Assembly (NCBI GenBank): GCA_017499595.2
Contig: CM039001.1
Span: forward strand, 1,426,001-1,490,000
Length of the DNA: 64,000 nt
Source: Psilocybe cubensis
Lineage: Eukaryota
Direction of reading: 5' to 3'
Shown here piece after piece: positions 1 to 13,413 of this stretch; the first letter of the stretch is position 1, and each line of letters opens with the position of its first letter. The notes under the pieces were generated by a model, which worked only from the letters and a program-made list of their open reading frames with translations, had not been told where the DNA came from and ran no database searches. Made by a program: the position numbers and the translations under genes.

Positions 1-1980
1 ATCCTGATAATTTGTTTCTATGTCTTATTATGTTGGAGTTGAAACACATCCCAACGATTGGATCACCCGGGATTCTGCTCTCTTATTTCGACGCTTTCCA
101 GTTTCCCAAGATCGGACATGAAATGATTCATGATGGTTATTCTAAGGTTCCCCCTTCCTTGCTCTATTCGAATGTGTGTTCATCATTGAACGACCAGTAC
201 TACGGGGGTGCCTTCAAAGTGTCGATGATGTCAAAATGGATGGTCGTAATCACAGGCCCAGATATGATCAATGACATTCGAAAAGCGTCTGACGAACAGC
301 TCTCGTCCAGAGCAGCAATTGCAGAGGTTATACCATGTCAATCATCGAAATCCACTAACGCTGAAGCCAATACAGACCGCTCAGTCTGATTACATGATTA
401 GCCCCAGAATCAGCACTGACCCCTACCACGTAGGCGTTGTTCGGACTCCGTTAACCAGACATCTCGGAACCCGCTTCAATGATATTAAAGATGAGATAGC
501 ATCCAGCTTCTCTGACTTGGTACCCTGCAAAGGCGACGGTATGTTTTGCATTGGACTTGAATTACCCGCGAACTAATGGTAGACAAACCCATAGAATGGG
601 CCTCCATACCTGTTTATAAAACAATTGTTAGCATTGTTTGCAGAACATCCAATAGGGTATTTGTGGGGCTCCCTCTTTGTAAGAACAAGGATAATTTGCT
701 CCAAACAATCATGACCAAAACTGTCTCTAGGTCGAAATCCTGAATATCGTGAGCTCAATGAGCAATTTACTTTGGATGTCGTGGCCGGTGCACAATTTAT
801 CAATATGTTTCCCAAAATCCTCAGACCGTGCGTCCAATGTACTGCTAGTATTAAATCCATTGTTAATTATTTACTTCAATTTGGGCAGTGTTATAGGTAG
901 ACTTCGAACCAAAGCATCTCGAAGGATAGAAACTGCGATTTCCCTTGCTGGACCTCTATTTCAGGAGCAATTGGATAAAGAAACTCAGTACGGCAAAGAT
1001 CGTCCTGACAAACCAGTGAGAATGTCATTGAACCTTATTATGCGTTGTTAATTTTAATCCGAATTTCATAGAATAATCTGATTAGCTGGTTGATCGATGT
1101 GGCAGAAGGCGAACAACGGGATATACGAGATTTGGTCATTCGACTGCTCTCTGTCAATTTCGGGGCTATACACACAACGTCCATGGTCCGTACCTTTTTT
1201 ATATTACTGGGTTTTTACTGATATGACTGCAGGCTTTCACCCATATTCTTTACGACCTAGCCACCTACCCAGAATATGTTAAACCTTTGCGGGAGGAAAT
1301 AGAATCCATAATAGCTACTGAAGGGTGGACAAAAGTGTCTACTGTGAATATGCATAAGGTTGACAGCTTTATTAAAGAATCTCAACGTATTGCTGCTAGC
1401 GGCCGTAAGTGCTCTCACTCGCATTATCCTCATATGCACTAACTTATTTGGATACCCAGTGATGATGAGACGTGTAGCAATGAAAGATTTTACGTTTTCT
1501 AATGGAATCACCGTTCCTGCCGGGACACATTTGGGCTTTGCAACCAGTGCTACACACATGGATGAGGTAAAAACGGACTGTGATGTTATTCACTCCAAGC
1601 CACTGACGTGACTTGTAGAGCAAGTATGACAATCCGTCAGAATTCCAAGGATTCCGGTTTGCGGAACTGAGAGATAAGGAGGGCGAAAGCAAGCAACACC
1701 AAATGATATCTCTCAGTTTGGATTACGGGGTCTTTGGAATAGGGAAGCACGCCTGGTAGGTTTACTAAACGCGCTTTCGTAAAATCGGGTTGTTGATCAT
1801 AACTCTAGTCCGGGCCGTTTCTTCGCGGTAAACGAACTCAAGACGATGCTTGCGCATGTTCTTTTGAATTATGATGTCAAATTGGTTAAGGAAAAGCAAA
1901 GGCCAGAGAATTGGTGGATGTCAGCAGGTTGTATTCCCAATATGACCGCTGAGCTGATGTTCAGGAGGCGTCAAGCCTGA
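1..1980 (+). CDS. Cytochrome P450 (CYP512/CYP503-like terpenoid-oxidase type), multi-exon, 5' end outside window
   Basis: Spliced exons give [17 protein letters not shown]-helix [10 protein letters not shown]-helix KESQR, FQGFRF, and heme motif FGIGKHAC|PGRFFA split by an intron. TGA at 1978-1980. The frame is intact through all visible exons. Confidence 0.95.
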
Positions 1981-2004
1981 ACTGGTCACGTACTATGCGC
2001 GTGA

Positions 2005-2528
2005 ACGCGTGTCGTCTGATGTTAATGGGTGACCCTGAGTCCCTGAAGATATAAACCATTTTGCAAGAGTTGGTGAAGAGGAGCGTTATGAATTTGAATG
2101 ACTCGAATCACAATTGGATATTATCATGTAAATATTTCGTGTCTGTGTAGATACACCTTATTCCGACCAATGATGGCCGGGAAGGTAACAATGGGATTGA
2201 GGTAACAAGGCGGTGTTTGTGCTTGTTGTTTCACGCGTCAAGGCGGTCTCCCTAGCCTGAACATCTTCCGACCGACGCTGAGACCATCCTCCTCGGCTTG
2301 TTCGCGAATACTTGGGGGAGCAGCGTACTCGTATAAAAGCTCTTGCCCTCTTTTGTATACTGTGCGCCCGCGGTCCTTCAAGATGCCACCACCAGATAAC
2401 CAGATTTTCAAGGCAAGTTTTCCCATCGTGTCAATGAGGTGCCATCCCGAACTTACACGTCGCGTTAATGCTATAGGCGACGTACAGCGGTATTCCTGTG
2501 TACGAGATGTAAGTCTTGTTATACGCGT
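2005..2528. promoter_or_regulatory. MCB-like ACGCGT hexamers (2005-2010, 2233-2238, intronic 2523-2528) and TATA box (TATAAAAG, 2332-2339) around the start of the APSES gene
   Basis: Motifs read directly from the sequence; function is inferred. Confidence 0.4.
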
Positions 2529-4822
2529 CTTCCCGCTCATGGTCTGATATTGCAATGCCTCTAGGATGTGCAAGGGCATCGCGGTGATGAGGCGGCGGTC
2601 GGACTCGTGGCTCAACGCGACTCAGATCCTGAAAGTCGCTGGTTTCGACAAACCACAACGAACCCGTGTTCTTGAACGCGAAGTCCAGAAAGGTGAGCAC
2701 GAAAAGGTTCAAGGAGGCTATGGAAAATATCAAGGTTAGCAAAGAATCCTTGTAATATTCTTTGTTTCGCGTTCGTTGACCAAGGACGTCAGGCACGTGG
2801 ATTCCCCTTGAAAGAGGATTGGCTCTCGCAAAACAGTATAACTGTGAAATTCTTTTACGGCCTATCATTGAGTACCAGCCTGCAGCGAAGAGCCCTCCTC
2901 TCGCCCCTAAGCACCTTGTCGCGGCGACAGTCCCTCGACCAGCGCGCAAAGCTCCTCCCGAGACGCCGTCGGTAGCTAACACTAGATCTTCGAGAAAACA
3001 AGTAGAAACCGTCGAAGACGATTCCGATCACGATACGTTGTCTCTCCGCGGGTCGGAGGACGGCTCCATGACGCCTGCTCCTTCAGAAAGGTCATCTATT
3101 TCGCACACTCCATCTCCAATCAACAGCCCCGGTCCATCTTACGAGTCAAACGGTGTTGAAAACCGCAATGCTGTTTCGCGGCGCTCTCGACATCGACCAA
3201 CTTTAGACGAACGATCCGAATTGCTTGAAGAAGAGGACGATCGGTCATATGCTGACCAGGTCCTGGAATTCTTCATTTCTGATTCGAACCAAATTCCTGA
3301 TATCCTCATTAACCCGCCTCCGGATTTGGATCCTAACATGGCCATTGACGACGATGGCCATACTGCCCTGCACTGGGGTTGCGCCATGGGACGTATTCGC
3401 GTCGTCAAATTACTTTTAACTGCGGGAGCAGATATCTTTAAAGTGAACAAGGCAGGCCAAACGGCACTGATGCGCTCTGTTATGTTTGCTAACAACTATG
3501 ACGTCCGCAAATTTCCTGAACTTTATGAACTGCTCCACCGCTCAACGCTTAATATCGACAACTACAATCGTACATTATTCCACCACATTGTAGATGTTGC
3601 GATGTCCAAAGGCAAAACTCACGCTGCCCGCTACTATATGGAAACAGTCCTCACCCGATTAGCGGATTATCCAAAAGAACTTGCAGATGTTATCAACTTC
3701 CAGGACGAAGATGGCGAGACGGCTCTGACCCTGGCCGCCAGAGCTCGCAGCAAACGTCTTGTTAAAATTTTAATTGATCATGGCGCCAACCCAAAGATCA
3801 TGAACAATGATGGGAAGAGTGCCGAAGATTACATTCTCGAGGATGAAAGGTTCAGGGCATCTCCTGTACCACCCTCTCGTATTTCCACCATGTCCTTCCG
3901 TAATGCCCAAGCCGCGTATCCGCCCTCGACAGCAGCATTGGGCTATGCTTACGCCCCTGCCAATGGCGACAAACCCCCTCTACATCATTCTATTGCAGCA
4001 CAAAAAGCAAGCACCCGCTGCGTCAATGATATCGCTGCAATGATGGATAGCTTGGCTTCTTCCTTTGACCAGGAACTCAAAGATAAAGAACGCGACACGA
4101 CCCAGGCTCACGCGTTACTGTCAAACATTCAGGCAGAAATTTTAGAAAGCCAACGCTCTGTTAGCCAGTTGAAGCAACAGGCTGAAGGGCTGGTCACGGC
4201 CAAACATCACCTTCGAGATATGCAAAAGAGCCTCTCAGACAAGATGGGGCGACGGTACAGACTAGGCTGGGAGAAATGGGTCAAAGATGAGGAGACTCGC
4301 GAAAGCATTATCCGTGAAGCAGCCAACGGCGAACTCATGCTCACCCCGGCTACCGCAACCATACATATTGAAGAAGAGACTGAGATGGACATCTCTCCCG
4401 ATGGCGAAAAGGCGAAAGGGAAAAGAAAGTCTACCGCACAGGAAGACGTCTCTGATTTGGTCGACTTGTACGCACACATTCCAGAGGACCCTGAAGAATT
4501 ACGGCAACAGTGTGAAGCCCTGCGAGAAGAGATTACCCAATTTAGAAAGCGAAGAAAAGTGATGTTTGACGAGTTGGTGACGTTCCAAACTGAGGCCGGT
4601 ACGAGTGGGCGAATGGGAGACTATAGACGGTTGATTGGGGCAGGATGCGGAGGCATCCCTCCTGCTGAAGTCGACCAAGTTCTGGGCATGCTATTGGAGG
4701 TATGTTCGCTCTGCGTCTGTTGTTGTTGTAACTTTACTGACTTGTTGCAGACACTTGAATCTGAGGAACCAAGTTCTTCTTCAATAGCTTGGAGCGGCTC
4801 GAGACCGGTAGCAGTTGGGTGA
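2383..4822 (+). CDS. MBP1: APSES/KilA-N plus ankyrin-repeat G1/S transcription factor (MBF subunit, Mbp1/Res1/Res2-like)
   Basis: Exons give [82 protein letters not shown]. Ankyrin repeats [15 protein letters not shown] and [14 protein letters not shown], plus a C-terminal coiled coil. Confidence 0.93.
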
Positions 4823-5099
4823 CGATTTGGACACTCTGTATGTCATCTGAGGTCTGGGTCGGGTAATTTATGTCCAACATCTATTGTATCAGTTTGTATC
4901 AACCATCTCAGCTTGCTGTGGATTAGCTCCTTAGTAGCGGTTTCTTGTAAGAATGAAAATATACATGTTACTTTCAGGGAGGTCCTCACGTGACTATGTA
5001 TTTTTCTGCGAAAGACGCGCTTGACTGTGACAGTTACAAGTCGGTTCATTCACTAACGCCCTCGGTGTATGCTTTAGCATACTCTGACCTGGCCTGGAC

Positions 5100-6427
5100 A
5101 TGTCGTCCTTAAAGTACTTTACCAAGAAGAGCGTCCTGAGTGCCGCAACCCAGAGCTCTGTCACTACACACTTCAACCATCTCCGGCCTATTCCACGAGC
5201 TTGGGTCATTCGGAGGTCAAAGTACGACCCTAAAATCAAGTCTGTCCGACCGGCCGACCGTATAAAATGGTGGAACATTGCTCCAGGGGACCAGATTCGT
5301 CTGCGCGGAGATCCTGAGAGCATAATCCACGAAGTGCTGAGTATCAACCGACTGAGCAATCGGGTTTTCCTGAAGAACACGGTGGTACGCGCTCACTTGT
5401 CCAAATTCCTTTATTGTCTCTCTGAACTGATCCGTCATGGTTAGGAAGAGTCAAGCGCAGAAGGACAACCTCCGAAATCCAAAAACTACCATTATTCGCG
5501 GTGCCAACTGTATCTGGGTGAATTCGAAGTGCCAACACCCGATGATCCCTCTGGCCTGCTTTCCTTCCAACAGTCCGTCCTCTGTTTCTCAAACTCCATT
5601 TATCTCATGTGATTGACGCCTGTTATTCAGTGTTTTTGCTTTGCGTATCGGCACAACGCAGCCCTACTGGGACTACCGCCTGCACCGATACGTGTGGAAA
5701 AGGTATGCTGTAAAGACCGTTCCGAAACTGCAACCGTCGGAATACGGGAAAAAAATCTTTATTCCCTGGCCTAAGAAACCCGAACGCAAATACCCTGAAG
5801 GTCAATTCCGCAGTACCTTTCCATCTGTGTTTTACTTATGATTAGTTTACATTAGCTGGACTATACGATACGCTCGCTGAGGATGTTGCAAAGATTACGT
5901 ATAAACTACCTCACTTCAACCCCGACAAGCTGGAACCACTTCCTCCAATCCCTAGTGAAGCAGAATACCTAGACCATATCTACAATCCACACCGCACCCC
6001 ATACTACGACCCATCAGCGCCCTTCGAAGTTTACCTCCAACCCGACCTTGCCAACCCTCACTCGCGCGCTAAAAAGCTGGAGCGATGGAAGCAATACCAG
6101 GCCGGCATCCACAATTTACTGAAGAAGATCACTGCCTACGAACTTGCGAACCTCGACGGGCGCACTGTTAAACAGGCCAGGTCTGACGCTGCCTTTAAAT
6201 GGCGCGAGCAAGTGAAGGAGGAGCAAGCCAAGAAGAAGAAAGCTAGATGGATGCATTCTGCCCAGATGCTCAAGTGGGAAAGAAAGAATGCGAAGAAGGA
6301 GAAGAAGGAGGATAGGCAGCGTCGCCGCCTCACTGAGTTGATGCTCGAGGATGAGCCCAACCAAGTTATACCGAAGGCATTGGCTGTTAAGAAGGCTAAA
6401 CAAACCAAACAGGGTCTGAAGGCTTAG
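5100..6427 (+). CDS. Mitochondrial ribosomal protein uL24m (Mrpl40-like, KOW domain)
   Basis: Basic, Ser-rich N-terminal presequence; RIKWWNIAPGDQIRLRG KOW-like motif; HYSRCQLYLG; FIPWP. Three GT-AG introns; stop at 6425-6427. Confidence 0.75.
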
Positions 6428-6589
6428 AATACGTCTTTAATTTATGTATACACTCCTGGTACTAGCTCAGATAATCCCAATTTGGTGTTGACACTAACTT
6501 TGACAAACGGTGGCTCACGTTCTATTCGGGTGACTCTTACTTTTAATACCAGAGGTCCACCGTGGCTGTCACGTCTCTTTCTCTTCTTC

Positions 6590-8228
6590 ATGCCACCACC
6601 ATCACTGGGCTCACCGGAGGCCCTCTACCATGTCGTACCGTCGGCGAGCTACGATGCCAATCCATCACAGATTGAACTCGACCGTGAAGGTGGTGCTGTA
6701 GAGACAGGCGTGTCTACGCCTCCGTTATCTCACCCGCAGACTGTATTGGTCACAGCACCAATTCGCTGGATTCACTTCATATTGGGTTGTGCGGTGCTGC
6801 TGTCCTGGAATGGTTCGTGTTTTCTGCAATTCAATGAGGTAGCACATGCTAACACTGCTGTAGTTGTCATCACAGCTATGCCATTCTTTTCGTCGAGACT
6901 GGCCAATTCATCGTTACACTCAACATTCGCGTCTTATCTCACCACCACTTTTACTGCGGCCAACTTTATAGCCCTGGGACATGCTACCGCAAATTCGAAA
7001 CATGTTTGTCGTATTTTCGTTCCTCCAGTTCCTTGCTGATACCGGGCATGGGCATTGTAGACCAGCCCCTCCCGTCAAACGCGTTCTTCAATAATCTGGT
7101 TGGCTATCTTGAACTTCCTACTCACCCTCAGTACCTTCTTTACACCATCCCCAGGCGTATTCTTCTCCTTCATCTTGTTCAATGGCGCATCTCAGGCCGT
7201 TGTCGGTGCATATCTCCAGACGTCTGTAATCGCAGTAGCGTCGCTCTTTGGCCCTCTAGCTGTACAAGCTATGATGTCCGGTCAGGCAGCCGTCGCTGTC
7301 GCTGTCAGTGGCGTCCAAGTCATTAGCGCAGCCGCTTCTGTTCGAGGCAAGACCCGCGTCTATATCAGCGACGGATCAGCCGAAGAGCGATCCGCGTTCA
7401 TATTCTTCTCCCTTTCCACCCTATTTCTTGTGGTTAGTGCGGGGGCCCACTCTTGGATGACCAAGACGCCTATCTATCAGCAAGTGGCGGCGTCGCTAGA
7501 ACGCGGACGAAAGAGGACAGCGGGTGAGATTGGACATGCAGACGAAAGAGAAGGCCTTGTTACCCATGTCTCGAGTACTTCAGCAATTGAGGATACAGCA
7601 AACGCCTTTAGAGTCGGGAGAGCAAATGCTATATATGAGGTTGCTGTTGCCTATGTTTTCATAGTCACTTTAGTATGCTCTTGATCGGCTCTTTATTTCT
7701 TATGCGTTACTGACTTCGATGTAGGCCGTGTATCCTCCCATCACAACGTCCGTTCAACCCACAAATCCTTCTACACATCCTCTGCTTTTCAGTGCATTCC
7801 ATTTTCTCGTGTTCAATGTCGGAGACTTCTTGGGACGGTACATCTGCTCATTCCCCATCTTCCTCATATGGAGTGCTCGTCGTCTTCTAGCCCTGTCACT
7901 CTCCCGAACACTGTTTATCCCTCTGTTTCTAATGTGCAATATCCAACGAGGGCCTACTGCTGCAGTTACTTCACCTATCATCAATTCTGACTTAATGTTC
8001 ATGATCATACTTTTCTTGTTCGGATGGTCCAATGGCTACCTTTCAAGTCTGTGCATGATGTCCGCGCCATCCTTGGAGCACAATCCCAGATTAAAGGGCC
8101 GAGCGGAGGACGTCGATGTCGCTGCCACAGTGGCCAGTTTCTGTCTGGTCGGTGGATTATCGATAGGTAGCATCATGAGCTTTGCTGTCAAGGGGATATT
8201 CTGCGGCTGTAACCCTTTCACGAACTAA
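6590..8228 (+). CDS. Equilibrative nucleoside transporter (ENT/SLC29, Fun26-like)
   Basis: FILGCAVLLSWN, AMMSGQAAVAV, TLAVYPPIT, FLVFNVGDFLGR and FGWSNGYLSSLCMM match ENT motifs; multiple hydrophobic helices. Confidence 0.92.
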
Positions 8229-8701
8229 TTAAATCCTGTGTACTTTATTGGAATGCTTTGCGCCTATGCTGGAAAGAAATGTCGCTTTTATCATAGATAT
8301 TAGATAGTGGGTAATCTGTATGCAGCTACTTAATCAAACAACTCCAAATCCGAATTCTTTAAGAATACTGAAGCGAATAAGTATAGAAAGGAGAAGATCG
8401 AACGAACAAATACACTATGGTACATTGTACAGTACAAACCGTACACAGCCACTCGGAGCAAGAGAGCATGGAATGGGGGAGGCGCCTTGCGTAAAACGCA
8501 AAGTCAAGACGTGCAGGCGCAGATCATGAGCATGGCATCGTAAAGCGAAAAAAAAAATCGAAGAATTGAATCGAAGAAAACAACTACGGCTATGTAGGAA
8601 CGTCGAGTGTTAATCGAAAGGGATGTAGCGCACGGGCAACATTTTGTAGACGAATTGTCTTCGGACAAGAAAAGATTATACTCTTCCCTGTGCTCACACG
8701 A

Positions 8702-9686
8702 TCAACGTGTAGAGAGCATGGGCTGCCATACACCGTATGAAATCTCCTCCAAATGGTGCAACAAGACGCGATCCCAGAGAATAGGAATAACATTCGCCTG
8801 TTGATTCTTCAGTAAATGGGGAAAACGGCGAGATTCACATTGAGAAACGTACCTGGAGGTAGTGAACACAGGCTCTCGAGACACGCCGGGCCAGAGTCTG
8901 CAGATCGACACGTCCATCATACCCGTCCAACGGGATTTCGTATGTCAGTGAAGAGTAACCTGTCCACTAAGCACGTTCGTAGGACTGAATTAGCGCTATT
9001 TTAAGATAGGAAGAGTGACGCCAGCTCACCTTGACTCTGAGATGGATGCGACCGCGACTATCCGCATGAAGATCGTGGAACGTATATGCGTCATTTCCTG
9101 AAAGCCGAATCCGTTGCTGCGCTTCGTCGAGTCCGATCCCTGAGCTGAATGATCCTTTTCGCTTGAATTTCAGGTGAAGGGCACTGGGCACCCGGTAGGC
9201 GTCTAGACCTTGGGGGCGGGTGGCAAATGATACTGTTGAGTGACGGCGCGATCTGGGCATTACCGCTGAGGTTGAATAAGACATTGAACTGGGGTACGAC
9301 ATGGACATCTGACGGTCATCGTAGTAAGGATCATCCATGTCGTATCCTGATATTCCGTCGTTGAGCTTTTGATTTTATGAAAAACGGAATCCCAATTAAT
9401 TATACCCACCTTGACTAGTTAGTCGTCGACTCACAGGTACAAGAGCACTATTCGGATATGTCTGATATGGCTGTGGATACTGTAGACAGAAGGAACCATT
9501 AGATATAATTGGAGAAACGAATCGGCAAATGCTCACTTCTGTGCCCACTGCGCCTTCCGAGTAGCTCTGCTGACCGTAATAAGGAGTTCCTGGGTAGCCA
9601 ATTGACTGGCGGCGAGACATAGAACGAGACATAGAGCGGGACATATAGGGATCGTAGTTTTCGTAGCCTGCGCTGTAAGCGGCCAT
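8702..9686 (-). CDS. Hypothetical protein with Tyr/Ser-rich N-terminus and globular C-terminal domain (possibly DUF6741-like)
   Basis: ATG at 9686 (MAAYSAGYENY). Four GT-AG introns join ...IHLRVK|WTGYSSLTYEIPL...VHYLQ|ANVIPILWDRVLLHHLEEISYGVWQPMLSTR*. TATA-like TATAAAG lies about 70 nt upstream. The family name is from memory only. Confidence 0.75.
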
Positions 9687-11607
9687 GTCTGAGAACGCGT
9701 ATGAACACTGAACAGCTGAAAGGTTGAAGAGGAGGTATAAGAGAGCAGTAGTACCCTCTTTATAGTAGTTGAATAGTAACAACGAGGCTTCCCCAAATGG
9801 CGAAATGCAGTGACGCCTCAAGGCTCAAGGTCAGGTAGTGGGCACGCAAAGAGGGTGAATGCGGATTTGGTGATGAATCAAAAGGCTCGAATCAAGAAAG
9901 TGAAAAGTCACTCGTCCACGCGGAGTTCCAGAGTCATAGGTTGTAAAACAAATTGACAGATAGGTATATGGCGCAAACGGAGTGATACGAACATTCTTGG
10001 GTAAAGACCGCGCAGAGCCGATTGGTAGAAATTGGTGTTACTCATCATGGTGGCTAAAGAACCACAGGAAGTAGTTCTAACATCCTAGATAGCAGATTTA
10101 GCGTGTGCAGATGCTTTATATACGCATCGCAAACAACGGTCCGTCGAAGCAGCCAGATGGCCGCATGATAAGAGCCGACGTCCGAGTCGGCGCCCAAAAG
10201 TGTCAGCGAAAGGGGAATAGAGAGACAGAGGAACAGAATACCGCCGCAGTATATAGCAGCTAAATCTGTGAAAGGCCTGAACGTCCGGAAATGAAAACAT
10301 CGTGTTACTACCTGCAAGTGTCACTGGAGTAGGACATCAAGCACTGGCAAATAGGTTTACGACTGCGTTCAAGTTTCCATACGGCAGCCATGAGTTCGCA
10401 ACATGTAAATGCTCTTCAAGTCGTTCCAGGATGATCCGTAGACCCTGAAGAAAGGTTATCAGAGGTGTCGGTGATCGTGTACTTGAAAGAAAGGGTTAAG
10501 TTAGTTAATTACATTGGCAGCAAGACCCTTGAACATCGGGAGTTGCCGATTAATAGTCAGGCGCCATCAACGCGCCTAAACTTTGTCGTTGAACGACGGC
10601 GCGAGTATCAACCATCATGGCGCCTACGCCAAATACCAAGCACTAGAATGTACAATCAACCAGACTCGTTGTTTCTTTCGTTTCTTTTTGCTTGCTATCA
10701 GATTGAATTCTCCTCGCCGTTCCGAACCCGCGGGCGTAGTAAGCAGTCATCCATTATAGAGATTTGCTCACTGATCTTTCCAAGATCGTCCATTACCCCA
10801 ATGAAGACTAGATGTGTGTTCAGAAATGGCCACCTTACAGGTTCTCACGTCAATATGCTTTGTCTACCGAGAATACTCCAAGTTATGTTTGTGAGCTCCA
10901 TCATGAACTCGACATTTCTGGTTGATGAATTGTACATCTATTTCCAGTTGAAGACGCCCTATCATGTTTGAGGGCGGCGCCTCGTCGGTTTCCTATCACC
11001 GCTAATAGTTTAAAAATCATATTGACCTTTTGCTAAACATTTTCCTTCGTACCTCATTTTCACTCTGATGCTTCCACCGATCTACTAGATCAGTTGATCA
11101 CACCAGTACTCCTTTTTGAGTGATTCCGTCTTCAAGCTTCAAGATACCACCCCGCCGGTCATTCGAAATGACTGTTCTCCACTGCAAATCTTAAAAATGG
11201 AATGGAGGACACGGACTTATGCAGCATTTGGTCTTCGATGTGTTCACCAAATCAGGGAGAACAATATGTGTTTCAGTGCGTAGTACAAGTCCAAGTATAT
11301 GCTTAGGAGTAGGAGATCGTGCTCAACTTCTCCCTGGAGACTTCGTTGTTGACGAACCAATGATTTGTCAGTCCCTACTGGACGCTCATGAGACGTTTAC
11401 CCGGCTGGCAACTTGATTCTCACACGGTTGTTGCACTGTGACCCAGATTTCATATAGGTTTTCTTTGTCTGTGCACTGGCCAGCTCGCAAAATGTGATCG
11501 CTTGTGAAAACTCTAGGGTTTCTCGGGTTATGAGAAGATATAAGAAGCTTCAAATTCTGGACTCCGGGCAAAGAAAATTATTACCTCCTATCACCCTTTC
11601 ACTCATC

Positions 11608-13413
11608 ATGGATATTGCACAGTTTGCACAAACGATCAAAGGCGATGTCATAACCCCTGAGGACCCTACATATCCCAAAGCTATCTTCAGATGGGCAGCA
11701 AACGCGGTCCGGCAAGCGAAGCTGGTTGTCTTTGTCAAGGACAACGGAGATGTCGTCAATGCCTTGCGATTTGCTAGGGACAACGACCTACCAATCGCCG
11801 TTCGAGGAGGGGGACATAGTGTTGTGGGATCGTCGTCCGTGGAGAATGGTTTGGTTATTGACCCTTCGCGCTACTTGAATGGCGTGACAGTCGATCCTGC
11901 TAAGAAATTGGCATACGTGGGCGGGGGTGCTATCTGGGAGACTGTCGACAAAGCCGCCATCAAACACGAGTTGGCGACGGTGGGAGGGACTGTGAACCAT
12001 GTAAGTGCTACACATTAATCTCACAAAACCACAGGTCTTCTTACATGAACATGCAAGAGTAGACTGGTGTAGGAGGGTTAGTAGATACCTGCCGTCGTCA
12101 ACAATTGTCCTGATACGATCTGATGCCTTACAGTCTGATCCTTGGGGGAGGTTATGGATGGCTAAGTGGTGCATATGGACTGGCAATCGATAACCTCGTG
12201 CAGGTGTGAAATCATCTTTGCCTGTTGTACTATTTTTATCACAAGATTGATGTGGACTGTAGGCTACCCTTGTAACCGCTGATGGTTCTATCCTTACAGT
12301 TAATAAGGATGAGAACCCGGACTTATTCTTCGCCATTCGTGGCGGGGGCGGAAATTTTGGGGTCGTCACGGAATTCGTCCTCCAACTACACCCTCAACGC
12401 CCTACCATATATTCTGGAATTCTGATTTACCCGCCATCTGCCATTGAACAAGTGCTTGAAGTCACTCTCAAGTGGATGGAAACAATGAGCGAGAAGGAAG
12501 GCATGATCCAGATCAGTGCTGTTGGACCGTATGGCAATGTAGGTACTCTTTCCTTTCACAGATCCAGTTGCGCTTGTCGTTTACCTTTTACCCTGTAGCC
12601 CATTTTTGCGGTCATTCCGTTTTTCAATGGATCGGAGGCCGAAGGAAGACAAAAATATAAAGCGTTCCATGATATTGGTTGGATGATTTCCCGATTGTTT
12701 AAATTTTATTCTGACCGATTACTTAGCCCCCCTTGCTGATTTAACCAAGGAAATACCTTATGAAGAACTTAACGCGATCTCTGTATGTACCTAGTGCAAA
12801 TATTAATTCGTGTCATTTCCAGTACTGAACTCATCTGTAGAATCCGATGGCCGTTCATGGCTCTGGAGTATATCAAAAAGGAGTCGCACATAAACGACCT
12901 AACCCCGAGGCCATCGTGAGGGCCCACAACAAATTTGTGGACCTGGTGAAGTCCGATAATTTCAACGGCGCAATTTTGTATGAATACTTCCCTCTACAAA
13001 AAATCAATTCGGTGTCGAGGGATGCTACTGCTTTTCGTCGGGAGTTTGCTTCGAGTGTTTTAGTTAACCTTACATGGGATAACTCTACTGGAGACCGCAC
13101 ACAAGAAGCTCGAAAGCACACCTACGAATTGGCATCGATTATCTCCAGAGACGGAAAGGATATGACAACTGCCGAGACTTTGGGGTATAGCAACTACGGT
13201 GAGTATATCTGTATATGACTTTCGTTGTCACATATTGCTAATCATTCTGTCGAAGATCCCGAAGCTTTCGTTGACAATGCCAAGGGTGTTACTTTGGTAC
13301 AAGATAAAGCAAAACTCGTATTTGGAGAAAATTATCCAAGGCTACAGACTATCAAGAAGCGGTATGACCCAGACAATGTATTTAATAAATGGTTCCCCAT
13401 TGTTCCGGCTTAA
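11608..13413 (+). CDS. FAD-linked oxidase, vanillyl-alcohol oxidase/berberine-bridge-enzyme family
   Basis: IAVRGGGHS (flavinylated His), GGTVNH|TGVGG|LILGGGYGWLSGAYGLAIDNL, DLFFAIRGGGGNFGVVTEF, C-terminal BBE motif FGENYPRLQTIKKRYDPDNVFN. No signal peptide. Confidence 0.95.

Noticed and set aside
9614..9646. 12-nt tandem repeat encoding MSRSMSRSMSRR as a possible RiPP precursor
   Set aside because: Only three units inside a larger protein; no signal peptide, Kex2-delimited cores or MSDIN leader.
10465..10971. 168-aa ORF in the long divergent intergenic region
   Set aside because: GTG start, no recognisable motif and no coherent splice structure; likely spurious.
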